Part shown: positions 17,987 through 27,172 of the stretch, one piece after another
Numbering within the stretch: position 1 is the first letter of the stretch
How the letters are laid out: every line of letters begins with the position of its first letter
Origin: Thermoplasmata archaeon
Lineage (GTDB): Archaea; Thermoplasmatota; Thermoplasmata; Lutacidiplasmatales; UBA184
Assembly: GCA_035656255.1 (NCBI GenBank)
Contig: DASRSV010000030.1
Coordinates: forward strand, 1,338-65,337
Direction of reading: 5' to 3'
DNA length: 64,000 nt
Program-made: the position numbers and the translations under genes
Notes under the pieces: model-generated
What the model was told of the DNA's origin: nothing
Seen by the model: the letters and a program-made list of their open reading frames with translations, nothing else
Databases searched by the model: none

Positions 17987-19810
17987 TTGCTTCCGATGGT
18001 TCCCCCGGCGGCTCCGACCTCGACGCCGCCCGAAGCCACCGACCCGTGGGCCGCGCTCCTCGAGGCCGTCCAGCGAGGTCTCGCCGCCACCGTGCAGCAA
18101 CTGATCGGCGGCGTGGCCCCGCCGGAGCTCGCCGACGTTCTGGACACGACGGGAGGCGCGGACTGGGATATCGCCCTTCCGTGCCATCGGTTCGCGAAGG
18201 CGGCCGGCGTCGAGGTGGTGCCCCTTGCCGAGCGGCTCGCGGGGGCCTACGCTCCTCCTCCCGAGGTCGTCGCCGCGACGCCTGTGCGTGGCTACGTCAA
18301 CCTCCGGATTGACGCCGACTGGCTCACGGACACGACGCTCGCCCTCGTCTTCGCCCGTGGGCCGGCGTACGGGAGCGCGAATCCTTCGGGCGCGCCGGTC
18401 TGCGTCGAGCACACGAGCGCGAACCCGACCGGACCGCTCCACATCGGCCGCGTCCGCAACGGAATCATTGGCGACTCGCTGGCCCGCATCCTCCGCGCGG
18501 CCGGGCACCACGTCACGACGCAGTACTACGCGGACGACATGGGCCGGCAATCGGCGATGATCAGCTGGATCTGGTCGAAGCCGCCGAGCGAGTGGCCCGA
18601 GGTGATTCGGGGCGCGGTCCCCGATGCCGCGGCCCCGCTGGACGACGACCCGCGACCGGACAAGGCGTACGGCCGACCGTACCCCGCGGTCAGCGCCTAT
18701 CTCAAGGAGGACCGCGAGGCCGCGGCGGAGGTCGCAGCGATCGGCGAGCGTCTCGAGACCGGGGAGGTCCCGGCCGAGCATCGAAGGCTCGCCGACAGAA
18801 TCCTGCAGGGAATGCTGGCTTCGCTCGAACGGCTCCACATCGAGTTTGACGAGGTCGTTTGGGAATCCGGGCTCCTCACGGACGGGAGCGTCGCCGAGGT
18901 GGTCCGCCGATTGCGCGCCGCCCCGCACGCCGTCACCGAGGAGAACGGTGCGCTCGCGATCGATGCGACGACCTACGAGCTCCCGAAGGACGACGCGCAC
19001 GTCATCGTCATGCGAGCGAACGGGACGAGCCTCTACGTCACTCGGGACGTCGCCTATCATCTCGCGAAGTTCGCGCGGTTCCCCCGGACGATCGACGTCC
19101 TCGGGAGCGACCACCTCCTTCACGCAAAGACCCTCGGCGCCTTGCTCGACGAGATCGGCGAGGCGCGCCGCCCGGAGTTCGTCCTTTACCAGCTTGTCGC
19201 CCTCCCCGGCGGTGCAAAGATGTCCACGCGGGGCGGGTCCGCGGTCTATCTCGACACCTTGCTCGACGAGGCGGTCGTCCGCGCGCGGGCCGAGGTGCTC
19301 CAACGCCGCGAGGACCTCGCGACGGCGGACGTGGACGCGATCGCGGAGAGCGTCGGGGTCGGCTCGGTCCGCTACCACATCGCCCGGGTCGCCCCGGACA
19401 AGGCGGTCAAGTTCCAGTGGGAAGAGGCGCTCTCGTTCGAAGGTCGGAGCGGCCCGTTCGTCCAGTACGCCTACGCGCGCGCCTCGAGCATCTTGCGCAA
19501 GGCCGGTACGATCCCCTTGACGTGGACGCGACGACCGTCCGACCTCGCCGCGCCCGAAGAGCGCGCGCTCGTGCGGACGATCTCCCGCCTTCCGGGCCGG
19601 GTACTGTACGCCGCGAAGGGCGCGCACGTGCACGCGATCGCCGGGTACGCGCACGACCTGGCCGAGGAGTTCAATCGGTTCTATCAGCAGGTACCGGTGA
19701 TCCGGGCGGGTCCCGAACGCGAGAGCCGCTTGGCCCTCGTGCAGGCGGCGCGCCAGACGCTCGCAAACACTCTGGAGCTTCTCGGGCTTGACTCCCTCGA
19801 AGCGATGTGA
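17987..19810 (+). CDS. argS: Arginine--tRNA ligase
   Basis: Class I HIGH motif region EHTSANPTGPLHIGRVRNGIIGDSLARIL, plus YVTRDVAYHLAKF and a KMSTRGG (KMSKS-like) motif. 607 aa. Confidence 0.9.
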   Translation: MLPMVPPAAPTSTPPEATDPWAALLEAVQRGLAATVQQLIGGVAPPELADVLDTTGGADWDIALPCHRFAKAAGVEVVPLAERLAGAYAPPPEVVAATPVRGYVNLRIDADWLTDTTLALVFARGPAYGSANPSGAPVCVEHTSANPTGPLHIGRVRNGIIGDSLARILRAAGHHVTTQYYADDMGRQSAMISWIWSKPPSEWPEVIRGAVPDAAAPLDDDPRPDKAYGRPYPAVSAYLKEDREAAAEVAAIGERLETGEVPAEHRRLADRILQGMLASLERLHIEFDEVVWESGLLTDGSVAEVVRRLRAAPHAVTEENGALAIDATTYELPKDDAHVIVMRANGTSLYVTRDVAYHLAKFARFPRTIDVLGSDHLLHAKTLGALLDEIGEARRPEFVLYQLVALPGGAKMSTRGGSAVYLDTLLDEAVVRARAEVLQRREDLATADVDAIAESVGVGSVRYHIARVAPDKAVKFQWEEALSFEGRSGPFVQYAYARASSILRKAGTIPLTWTRRPSDLAAPEERALVRTISRLPGRVLYAAKGAHVHAIAGYAHDLAEEFNRFYQQVPVIRAGPERESRLALVQAARQTLANTLELLGLDSLEAM

Positions 19811-19903
19811 GCCTAGGCCCGGGGAACGTTCGCTCGGAATCGCGGTTCGCGGCAGCGAAGTTTCTATCTAGGATGATTCCGTCGCTCGGCCGAGGTGCCT
19901 TGC

Positions 19904-20314
19904 ATGGGAATCCTGGACGAGCTCAAGGCGTTCGCGCTGAAGGGTAGCGTCGTCGACATGGCGGTGGGGATCATCATCGGTACTGCATTCACCGCACTCA
20001 TCACCGCGCTCGTCGGCGACATCTTCCTACCGCTGATCTCGATCCCGGGTTCGGTCGACTTCTCGACCGTCCAGACGCTCGTCGGCCACGGCCTGTTCAA
20101 GGAAGGGGCGTTCCTGACGGAGCTGATCGCGTTCATCATCATCGTACTGGTCGTCTTCTTCCTCATCGTGAAGCCGGTACAGATGCGCCGCGACCGGGCC
20201 GAGGCGCAAAAACCGAAGGCGGCCGCGACGACAAAGGAGTGCCCGTACTGCATCTCGCAGGTCCCTCTCAAGGCGACGCGCTGCATGTACTGCACGAGCC
20301 AGCTGACGGCCTAG
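19904..20314 (+). CDS. mscL: Large-conductance mechanosensitive channel MscL with a C-terminal CxxC...CxxC zinc-ribbon
   Basis: MGILDELKAFALKGSVVDMAVGIIIGTAF is the canonical MscL N-terminus, with two TM helices. C-terminal tail KECPYCISQVPLKATRCMYCTSQL. An alternative GTG lies at 19895. Confidence 0.85.
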   Translation: MGILDELKAFALKGSVVDMAVGIIIGTAFTALITALVGDIFLPLISIPGSVDFSTVQTLVGHGLFKEGAFLTELIAFIIIVLVVFFLIVKPVQMRRDRAEAQKPKAAATTKECPYCISQVPLKATRCMYCTSQLTA

Positions 20315-20335
20315 GTCCGTTCGCGCCGGCCGGCG

Positions 20336-21028
20336 TTAACGCCCGCGCACGGTTGGATCTCGTACCCCGGCGGCCGCGAATCCCTTGGCTCGCAAGCGGC
20401 ATGCATCGCAACGGCCGCACGGGGAACGGCCCCCCGCGTAGCAGCTCCAGGTGAGCCCCCAGGGAACTCCCAGCCGTTCCCCGCGGCGGACGATTTCCGC
20501 CTTCGACCACCGAAGCAGGGGCGCGACGATCTCGGGAGCCCACCCGCGCTCCACGCCCGAGCGGGTCGCGAGGCGGGCAAGACGGCGGAAGGCGCGAAAG
20601 TATTCCGGCCGACAGTCCGGGTAGCCGGAGTAGTCGACGGCGTTGGCGCCGAGGTAGATCCTTCCCAGATCTTCACCTTCGGCGTAGCCCAGCGCCACCG
20701 CGAGGAACACGGTGTTCCGCGCCGGCACGTACGTCGCCGGGATGAGTCGTCCGGTTCGCTTCGGGCGTGGGAGGGCGCGCCCCGGACGCGTGAGCGCGGA
20801 AGGGAGCAGCTGCGCGACCGGCAGCTTGACCACGAGGTGCCGCCGCACCCCGTAATGGGACGCCAGGCGCCGAGCGCTCGCGACTTCGCGGTGGTGCCGC
20901 TGGCCGTAGGAGAACGTGATCGCGTCGACCTTCCGCTCCGACGCCGAGGCGATGGCGAGCGCGGTCGCTGAGTCCATGCCCCCCGACAGGAGGACTACGG
21001 CACCTTCGGGCCCCCGGTCGGTCCTCAC
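20336..21028 (-). CDS. queC: 7-cyano-7-deazaguanine synthase
   Basis: PP-loop VVLLSGGMDS and C-terminal zinc cluster CYAGGRSPCGRCDACRLR. GTG 21028 overlaps the DUF92 stop as GTGA. The ORF-track extension to 21877 is a shadow. Confidence 0.85.
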   Translation of the reverse strand: MRTDRGPEGAVVLLSGGMDSATALAIASASERKVDAITFSYGQRHHREVASARRLASHYGVRRHLVVKLPVAQLLPSALTRPGRALPRPKRTGRLIPATYVPARNTVFLAVALGYAEGEDLGRIYLGANAVDYSGYPDCRPEYFRAFRRLARLATRSGVERGWAPEIVAPLLRWSKAEIVRRGERLGVPWGLTWSCYAGGRSPCGRCDACRLRAKGFAAAGVRDPTVRGR

Positions 21029-21786
21029 AGCGGGACCCCCAGCACGGCGAGCAGGACGAGGGCGAGGACGACGGTGGCGAGCATCGCGAAGAAGTTCGTC
21101 GTCCCCTTCGTGAGCAGCCCCCGATTCTCGAGGAGCTCGCCCATCACGCTGTCGATCTGACATCCCGTGAACCCCGCCAGGAGGGAGATGGCCAAGAACG
21201 AGGCGGGCTGGAGGTCCGGGCTCCCGAAGACGAAGAAGAGGACCAAGCCGACGACCGCGGTCGCCGCCGCCCCGACGATCGCCCAGACCTCGCCGACGAC
21301 CGAGACCCCGCCGTTCGTCCCGGGGGGGACCCGGCGGAACGTGAGGATGCTCCGCGCTCGACCGACCAGGACGCCGAACTCGCTCGCGAACGTGTCGGCC
21401 GAACCGAACGCCAACGCGGCCGTGTAGGCGACGGCGAGCGCCGGCGCCGAGAGCGTATCGGGGGAGACGAACGACGTCACGACGAGCGCGGTCGGGATCA
21501 CGATGTGCGCCAGGACGTTCGAGATCCCGCGTTCGCCGCGGGTTCCCTCCTGGAGCTTCGCGCGGGCCTTCTCCTCGAAGCCGTACCGGGTCGCGAGAAC
21601 GCTCCCGACGACGAACAGGACAAGGAGGATCAGGTAGGGGAACCCGCCGAAGACCACGATGATCGCACCGAAGACCGCGGCCACGAGCCCCGCGAGCGAG
21701 GTGAGCGCGCGCGCGGCGACCGCGGCGCTGGCGAGTCCCGCCGTCGCCGCGACGCCGACCGCGGCGAGGAGGAGGGGGAGAACCAA
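21025..21786 (-). CDS. DUF92/TMEM19-family integral membrane protein
   Basis: 253 aa with 6-7 predicted TM helices. Family resemblance only. Confidence 0.55.
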   Translation of the reverse strand: MVLPLLLAAVGVAATAGLASAAVAARALTSLAGLVAAVFGAIIVVFGGFPYLILLVLFVVGSVLATRYGFEEKARAKLQEGTRGERGISNVLAHIVIPTALVVTSFVSPDTLSAPALAVAYTAALAFGSADTFASEFGVLVGRARSILTFRRVPPGTNGGVSVVGEVWAIVGAAATAVVGLVLFFVFGSPDLQPASFLAISLLAGFTGCQIDSVMGELLENRGLLTKGTTNFFAMLATVVLALVLLAVLGVPL

Positions 21787-21855
21787 CCCGGGGACCCTCC
21801 GCTGGGGCTACGGCGGCGCGGAAAAATGTGTCGACTCGAGCCCGGGACGCCCCGT

Positions 21856-22437
21856 CTAGCCGCAGTTGAGGATCCACTGCGCGGCGGCGCGGAAGCTCGG
21901 TGCCCGGATGTCAGGTCGTACCGGACTTTGAGCGATCTCGCGGCGACTCTCTCGTTCGTGGCCGAATTGGGGGACGAGAACGGTGAGCAGTCCCAGCCGC
22001 TCGCCCGCTTCCATGTCGAGCGCCCGATCACCGATCACGGCGCTACCCGGGAACCGTACGCCGAGATCGTGCGACGCCTGTTCGAAGAGCAGCGTTCCTG
22101 GCTTACGGCACGCACACCCACGCTCCGGGGCGTGCGGACAGTAGTAGAATGCGTCGATCGAGGCACCGCCACGGGCAAGCAGTTCTTGGAGTCGCGCGTG
22201 GATCCGGTCGACATCCTCCGCCGTGTAGAACCCCCGTTCCACGCCGGACTGGTTCGTGACGCAGACGACCCGATACCCGTGGCGACGGAGCAGCCCGATC
22301 GCCTCGGGCACGCCCCGGTACAGCTCGAGGCGAGCCGGGTCGGACAGGTAGTGGAGGTCGGGGTTCAGGGTTCCGTCCCGGTCGACGAACACCGCCCGCC
22401 CAGCCCGCGCGCTTGCACCGTTGCCGGAGGAGTTCAT
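21856..22437 (-). CDS. HAD-IIIA phosphatase (GmhB/histidinol-phosphatase-like)
   Basis: VFVDRDGTLN (DxD nucleophile motif), VCVTNQSG, zinc-binding CxHxxxxGCxCRKP motif, and GDRALDMEAG. Confidence 0.7.
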   Translation of the reverse strand: MNSSGNGASARAGRAVFVDRDGTLNPDLHYLSDPARLELYRGVPEAIGLLRRHGYRVVCVTNQSGVERGFYTAEDVDRIHARLQELLARGGASIDAFYYCPHAPERGCACRKPGTLLFEQASHDLGVRFPGSAVIGDRALDMEAGERLGLLTVLVPQFGHERESRREIAQSPVRPDIRAPSFRAAAQWILNCG

Positions 22438-22529
22438 CCGGATCCGTAGGCTCCCGAACCGTTGAATCGCGGAGACGGAAAAGGCTCATCGGTCGATGGA
22501 TCCCATCCCACCGGATCGACCGACCGCCG

Positions 22530-23282
22530 ATGACCGATCGACTCGGGGAGGAGCTCGCCGACCGCATCCGGGCCGCGACGGCGGCATCGGTGAGCGGGTG
22601 GAGGTCGGCGGAGCTCCTGTTCTCGGGCGGCCTCGACTCCGCGGTGGTCGCAGCGGCGTGCCCGAGCGATCTCGACCTGACGCTCGTGACGGTCGGGGCG
22701 GCCGGGAGCGACGACGCCTCGGTCGCCCCGCGTGCCGCGGAACTACTGCACCGTCCGCACCGCGCCCGGACCTTCGATTCCGCCGATGTTGTGCGGGCGA
22801 CGACCGCGATGGAGACTGAGCTCCAGAGCGCGTCGCCCCCCTTCCGCAGCGCGCTCGCCGCCCTGAGCCTCGCCCTCGAAGCGACCGAAGGCGAGCACGT
22901 GCTGTGCGGCCAAGGCGCGGACGAGCTGTTCTATGGTTACGCCCACTTCCACTCGGTCGACGTTCACGCGGCGATCCGGCTCGGCGACGCCGACCTCGCT
23001 CGGCTGCTCGAGCGGGACTGGCCTCAAACCGTCCGGTTGGCGCAGGAGGGCGGCCGCGCGCTTCGCTCGCCGTTTCTCGAGGAGCGGTTTCTCGAGTGGG
23101 CTCGGACGCTGGCACCCAGCGAGCGTTACCTTCGGGGTCGGCCGAAGCACCTGCTTCGGTCGGCCGCTCGTGCGCTCGGGGTGCCTGAGTCGATCGCCGG
23201 TCGCCCGAAGAAGGCGATCCAGTTCGGGAGCGGCCTCGACCGCTTGGCGAGGGCGGGAACGAGGGTCACGCCCCGCGGGTGA
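22530..23282 (+). CDS. Asparagine-synthetase-like PP-loop ATPase domain protein (no glutaminase domain)
   Basis: LFSGGLDSAVVAAA PP-loop and CGQGADELFYGY motif typical of the AsnB C-domain. Only 250 aa. ATG 22530 is preferred over ORF-track 22413. Confidence 0.55.
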   Translation: MTDRLGEELADRIRAATAASVSGWRSAELLFSGGLDSAVVAAACPSDLDLTLVTVGAAGSDDASVAPRAAELLHRPHRARTFDSADVVRATTAMETELQSASPPFRSALAALSLALEATEGEHVLCGQGADELFYGYAHFHSVDVHAAIRLGDADLARLLERDWPQTVRLAQEGGRALRSPFLEERFLEWARTLAPSERYLRGRPKHLLRSAARALGVPESIAGRPKKAIQFGSGLDRLARAGTRVTPRG

Positions 23283-24225
23283 TCCGCGTCCCGGCGTCGT
23301 TCCGCATCGCGCGCCGCAGCGAGGGGATGTCGGTGATGATCACTCGTTCTCCGCCGTTCGCGAGGAACTCCAGACCCGCCTCCACCTTCGGCCGCATCGA
23401 CCCCTCAGCGAACTCGCCGGCTTCGAGGGCCTGCTGCATCTCGGAGGCGGTCGTGGCGCCGACCCACCGCTCCCACGCCTTGCCGAACCCCAACGCCACC
23501 GCGGGGACGTCGGTGACGATCACGAGCGCCGCCGCGCGTAGCTCACGAGCCACCAGCGCGCTCGAAAGGTCCTTGTCGATCACGGCGTCGACCCCCTGAA
23601 CGGTGCCGTCGTCGCCGCGTACGACCGGGACGCCGCCCCCTCCGGCGACCACCGGGACCACGAGGTGCGCGGCCGGTCCTTCCATGAGCAGCCGGACCGC
23701 CGAGGCCTCCAACCACGCGACCGGACGCGGCGACGGAACGAGGCGGCGCCAGCCTCCGCGGGCCCCATCAAATACGAGCTGCCAGCCTTCCCGCTTCCTA
23801 AGGAGCCGGGCCTCCTCCTCGGAGTAGAACCGCCCGACGGGCTTGGTCGGAGTGCGGAACGCTGGGTCCTTCGGCGACACTTCGACCCGGCTCACGAGGA
23901 CCAGGACGGTGCGCGCCGCCCCGGCTCGATCGAGGGCCGGCGTCAGCTCCTGCTGGATCAGGTACCCGATCTGGCCCTCCGTCTCCGCGTTTAGCGCCGA
24001 GAGCGGCCGGCGTGGGACCTCTCGCTCGGCGAGTTCCACCTGACGGAGAAGGGCCCCGACCTGAGGTCCGTTGCCGTGGGTCAGGATCAGGTCGTGCCCG
24101 TCGGCGACGAGCTCCGCGAGCGCCGGCGCGGTCGCGCGCATTCGGCCGACCGCCTCGTCCCACGCGAGGCTCCCGCCCGGGCGCGCGAGGGCGTTGCCCC
24201 CCAGTGCGACCACGATCCGGGACAT
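23266..24225 (-). CDS. arcC: Carbamate kinase
   Basis: MSRIVVALGGNAL N-terminus, HGNGPQVG, VIDKDLSSALVA. 319 aa. Confidence 0.85.
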   Translation of the reverse strand: MSRIVVALGGNALARPGGSLAWDEAVGRMRATAPALAELVADGHDLILTHGNGPQVGALLRQVELAEREVPRRPLSALNAETEGQIGYLIQQELTPALDRAGAARTVLVLVSRVEVSPKDPAFRTPTKPVGRFYSEEEARLLRKREGWQLVFDGARGGWRRLVPSPRPVAWLEASAVRLLMEGPAAHLVVPVVAGGGGVPVVRGDDGTVQGVDAVIDKDLSSALVARELRAAALVIVTDVPAVALGFGKAWERWVGATTASEMQQALEAGEFAEGSMRPKVEAGLEFLANGGERVIITDIPSLRRAMRNDAGTRITRGA

Positions 24226-24427
24226 TGCTCAGCCTTAAGGGGGCCAGCGAAGGATGTGTAGATTGTCGTCGCGCGCCGGAACGTCTTCTTGGCCAGCCGT
24301 ACGGCATACCGATGGAATAGAACCGAAGTACGCTCCATCGAGGTTTATGAGGCCCGAGCCGGCCCACGCCCTCAGGTAAGCCCGCTCCCATGGATCGGGC
24401 GTTGGGGAAACCCGCAGGGAAGGAAGC

Positions 24428-25360
24428 ATGCAGACCGATCGAAGCGAGACTATCTCGAACCTTCGCAGTGGACGCGGACGTCGTCGGGCCGCGTGGTCCG
24501 GCGTCGCCGGAGCCTTGGCGGTGTCGCTCGTCCTGCTGGTCGCCCCGTCCGTCGGAGCATTCCGTCCGCACACGTATGTCGCCCCGTACCGGGGCACGGC
24601 GGCGACGCCGCTCAACTCGGTCTCGACGGGCGGCCGCTGCCACTCCGCGGCGGTGGTCACCTCCCAGCACTGGCTCCCCAAGACCGGGAACGCGACGTCG
24701 CTCACCACAGCGATTACCCACGGCTGTGCTTCGACCGCCCTCGGGACGGCGTACGGGTACGGCACGGCGTATGGAGAGCTCCAGGTCCTGTGGCCGTTCA
24801 CCGTGGTGACGGGAACGCACAATTTCACCGTGAACGTCTCGTATGCGTTCACGATCCAGATGCCGACGGTCGGCTCGTTCTCCTGCCGACAGGCGAAGAA
24901 CGTGCCGGGGCAGTACACCTACAGCTACTGCGCCTTCAATCGGTCGGCCACCGTCCAGTGGGGGTTCGAGCTGTTCGACCAGACGAACGGGAGCTCGCTC
25001 TCCGCGGGCAGCGCCACCGGCCCGTTCTTCTTCAACTCGAGCTTCCAGGGGAACAACTCGTACTGTTCGGGCGGGAAGTGCTCCTCCAACAACTACAGCC
25101 GCAGCTGCTCGTCGCCGAACCCGTGCGTCGCGGCGGGGACCCTGCAGCGCGGGACGACCAGCCTCTTTCTCAACACGCGAACGACGTCGCCCGGGTGGAC
25201 GCTGAACGGGAATCACAAGCTGTGGCTGGTGCTCTGGTTCAGCAGCTCCGCGCTGATCTTCATGGACGGCTACGGCTCGGGAAACTCCGCCGGCGCCTCC
25301 GTCAATGCCGCCACGCTCGGGAATTCCGGTTGGCAGGTGACCTCGATCACCATCCACTGA
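24428..25360 (+). CDS. Secreted Cys/sequon-rich protein, paralog family member A
   Basis: Signal-like N-terminus (AAWSGVAGALAVSLVLLVAPSVGA), then HTYVAPYRGTAAT. More than 12 N-x-S/T sequons. Shares motifs (FELFDQTNGSSLS vs ISLFDQTNATSLS; RTYLAPYKGT) with the ORFs at 38232, 46217 and 47226. Confidence 0.6.
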   Translation: MQTDRSETISNLRSGRGRRRAAWSGVAGALAVSLVLLVAPSVGAFRPHTYVAPYRGTAATPLNSVSTGGRCHSAAVVTSQHWLPKTGNATSLTTAITHGCASTALGTAYGYGTAYGELQVLWPFTVVTGTHNFTVNVSYAFTIQMPTVGSFSCRQAKNVPGQYTYSYCAFNRSATVQWGFELFDQTNGSSLSAGSATGPFFFNSSFQGNNSYCSGGKCSSNNYSRSCSSPNPCVAAGTLQRGTTSLFLNTRTTSPGWTLNGNHKLWLVLWFSSSALIFMDGYGSGNSAGASVNAATLGNSGWQVTSITIH

Positions 25361-25454
25361 GAGCAGATCGGGGGCGGGGTCCCCCGGATCCGCGCCCCAA
25401 ACCCTCGCGGCGGCCCCCGTGGCTCCTCTCGGGCGCCGCCGCTCGCCTCCCGCC

Positions 25455-25461
25455 TATATAC
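25455..25461 (+). promoter_or_regulatory. TATA-box-like element (TATATAC) about 25 nt upstream of the purB GTG; consistent with a leaderless transcript
   Basis: The only AT-rich hexamer in a GC-rich intergenic stretch, at the correct spacing for an archaeal TATA/TSS. Confidence 0.45.
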
Positions 25462-25482
25462 ACGAGCCCGGCTCACGCCGCC

Positions 25483-26847
25483 GTGGCGGACGACGCGGCC
25501 GCGCTCTTCTGCCCGCTCGAGTTCCGGTACGGTCGACCGGAGGTCCGCGCGCTCTTCTCGCGTGAGGCGCGCCTCGCCCGCGCGCTCCAGGTGGAGGCGG
25601 CGCTCGCGGAGAGCGAGGCCGAGCTGGGAATGATCCCGGCCGACGCCGCGCGCTCGATCGCCCGAGCGGCGAAAGGGAGCGCCGTGACGCTCGAACGGGT
25701 CGACGAGCTGGAGCGAGCGACCCGCCACGACGTGATGGCCATCACCCGCGCGCTCGCCGAGGCGGCCGGCGACGGGGGCGCCTGGGTGCACTTCGGCGCG
25801 ACCTCGGCCGACATCACCGACACGGCCCTAGCCCTCGAGCTCAAGGAAGCCGCGGCGGTGCTCCGCCACGACCTGACCGAGCTCGGCGGGCGGCTCCTCG
25901 AGCTCGCGCGGAAGCATCGGGCCACGCCGGAGGTCGGGCGGACGCACGGCCAGCACGCCGTACCCATCAGTTTCGGTTACAAGATGGCGGTCGCCGCGGC
26001 CGAAGTGACGCGGCACCGCCGTCGTCTCGACGAGCTGCTCCCTCGGCTCGCTGTCGGCAAGATGGCCGGCGCGGTCGGGACCGGCTCGGGGTTCGGCGCG
26101 AACGCCGAGGCAGTCGAGGTGGCCACGATGCTCCGCCTCGGCCTCGGGGTCGACGAGGCCCCGACGCAGGTCGTGGGCCGCGACCGGCACGCCGAGCTCA
26201 CGAACCTCCTCGCGCTGATCGCCGGCACCGCCGAACGGCTCTCGGGCGAGGTGCGGAACCTCCAGCGATCCGAGATCGCCGAGGTGCGGGAGCCGTTCGA
26301 TGAACGGCACCAGGTCGGCAGCTCGACGATGGCGCAGAAGCGCAACCCGGTCGTGAGCGAGAACGTCGGGTCGCTCGCGCGGCTTGTGCGGGCCTTCGCC
26401 CTCCCGCCCCTCGAGAACATCGCGCTCTGGCACGAACGCGACCTGACCAATTCGGCGAACGAGCGGATCGTCCTTCCGCACGCCCTCGTGCTGACGGACG
26501 ATCTTCTCGCGAAGCTGAGCGGCATCTTCGCCGACCTTCAGGTCGACGCTCAGCGGATGTCCGAGACGCTCGCGGCCTCGGAGGGGAGCGTGATGTCCGA
26601 GAACCTCATGCTCGCGCTGACGACCCGCGGGGTCGCCCGTTCGGACGCCCACGAGATGCTCCGGAGCCTCACGAGCCCCGGCGCCAGCGGCACGCTCGCG
26701 ACGCGGACGAAGGCCGACGCCCGCGTCCGGAAGTACCTCCGGCCCGAGGAGGTCGATGGGCTCCTCGATCCGCGGTCGTACGTGCTCGCGGCGGCCGCGA
26801 AGACCGACCGGATCGTCACCCGCCTCGAGACCGAGCTCGCCGCGTGA
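25483..26847 (+). CDS. purB: Adenylosuccinate lyase
   Basis: GTG 25483 (MADDAAALFCPLEFRYGRPEV...). Fumarate-lyase signature GSSTMAQKRNP. 454 aa. The ORF-track extension back to 24289 is a shadow. Confidence 0.9.
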   Translation: MADDAAALFCPLEFRYGRPEVRALFSREARLARALQVEAALAESEAELGMIPADAARSIARAAKGSAVTLERVDELERATRHDVMAITRALAEAAGDGGAWVHFGATSADITDTALALELKEAAAVLRHDLTELGGRLLELARKHRATPEVGRTHGQHAVPISFGYKMAVAAAEVTRHRRRLDELLPRLAVGKMAGAVGTGSGFGANAEAVEVATMLRLGLGVDEAPTQVVGRDRHAELTNLLALIAGTAERLSGEVRNLQRSEIAEVREPFDERHQVGSSTMAQKRNPVVSENVGSLARLVRAFALPPLENIALWHERDLTNSANERIVLPHALVLTDDLLAKLSGIFADLQVDAQRMSETLAASEGSVMSENLMLALTTRGVARSDAHEMLRSLTSPGASGTLATRTKADARVRKYLRPEEVDGLLDPRSYVLAAAAKTDRIVTRLETELAA

Positions 26848-27116
26848 ACGCCGCGCGGCCGCGCTGGACCGCGTCGCTCGAGGTGCGGGCGGGCTCGAAG
26901 GCGGTCGCCGGACGCTGGCGCGTCGCCCTGGGTCCCGAGTCGCAACGTGAGATTCCCCGGGCGACCGCCCGCATCGGCCGCATCCCGGACGCGACCGTTC
27001 GGGTGCACCTGGAAGCGCCGACGCCCGGCGCGCTCCGGGCCGCGGTCAACACGTACCTCGGCTGGTTCGACCTGCTGGCCCGGGCCTCGCAGGTCGCTGA
27101 ATCCCCCGTCGACTGA
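26844..27116 (+). CDS. KEOPS subunit Pcc1-like small protein
   Basis: 90 aa. GTGA overlap with the purB stop. C-terminal ALRAAVNTYLGWFDLLARASQV resembles the Pcc1 helix (LRASLNSYLRWI). Confidence 0.45.
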   Translation: MNAARPRWTASLEVRAGSKAVAGRWRVALGPESQREIPRATARIGRIPDATVRVHLEAPTPGALRAAVNTYLGWFDLLARASQVAESPVD

Positions 27117-27172
27117 CCGTTCCGCCGCCGCCTCCCGCAGTGCTTATCACGCGAGCGTCGCGTGGACGCACC

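Noticed and set aside
21029-21877. 5' extension of the queC frame to 21877 (513 aa ORF)
   Set aside because: The extension is antisense to the DUF92 gene and low-complexity. QueC-like N-terminus MRTDRGPEGAVVLLSGGMDS begins at GTG 21028, in GTGA overlap with the DUF92 stop.
24289-25482. 5' extension of the purB frame back to 24289 (852 aa ORF)
   Set aside because: The extension overlaps paralog A in another frame and has no motifs. Conserved PurB begins at GTG 25483, directly downstream of a TATA-like element.
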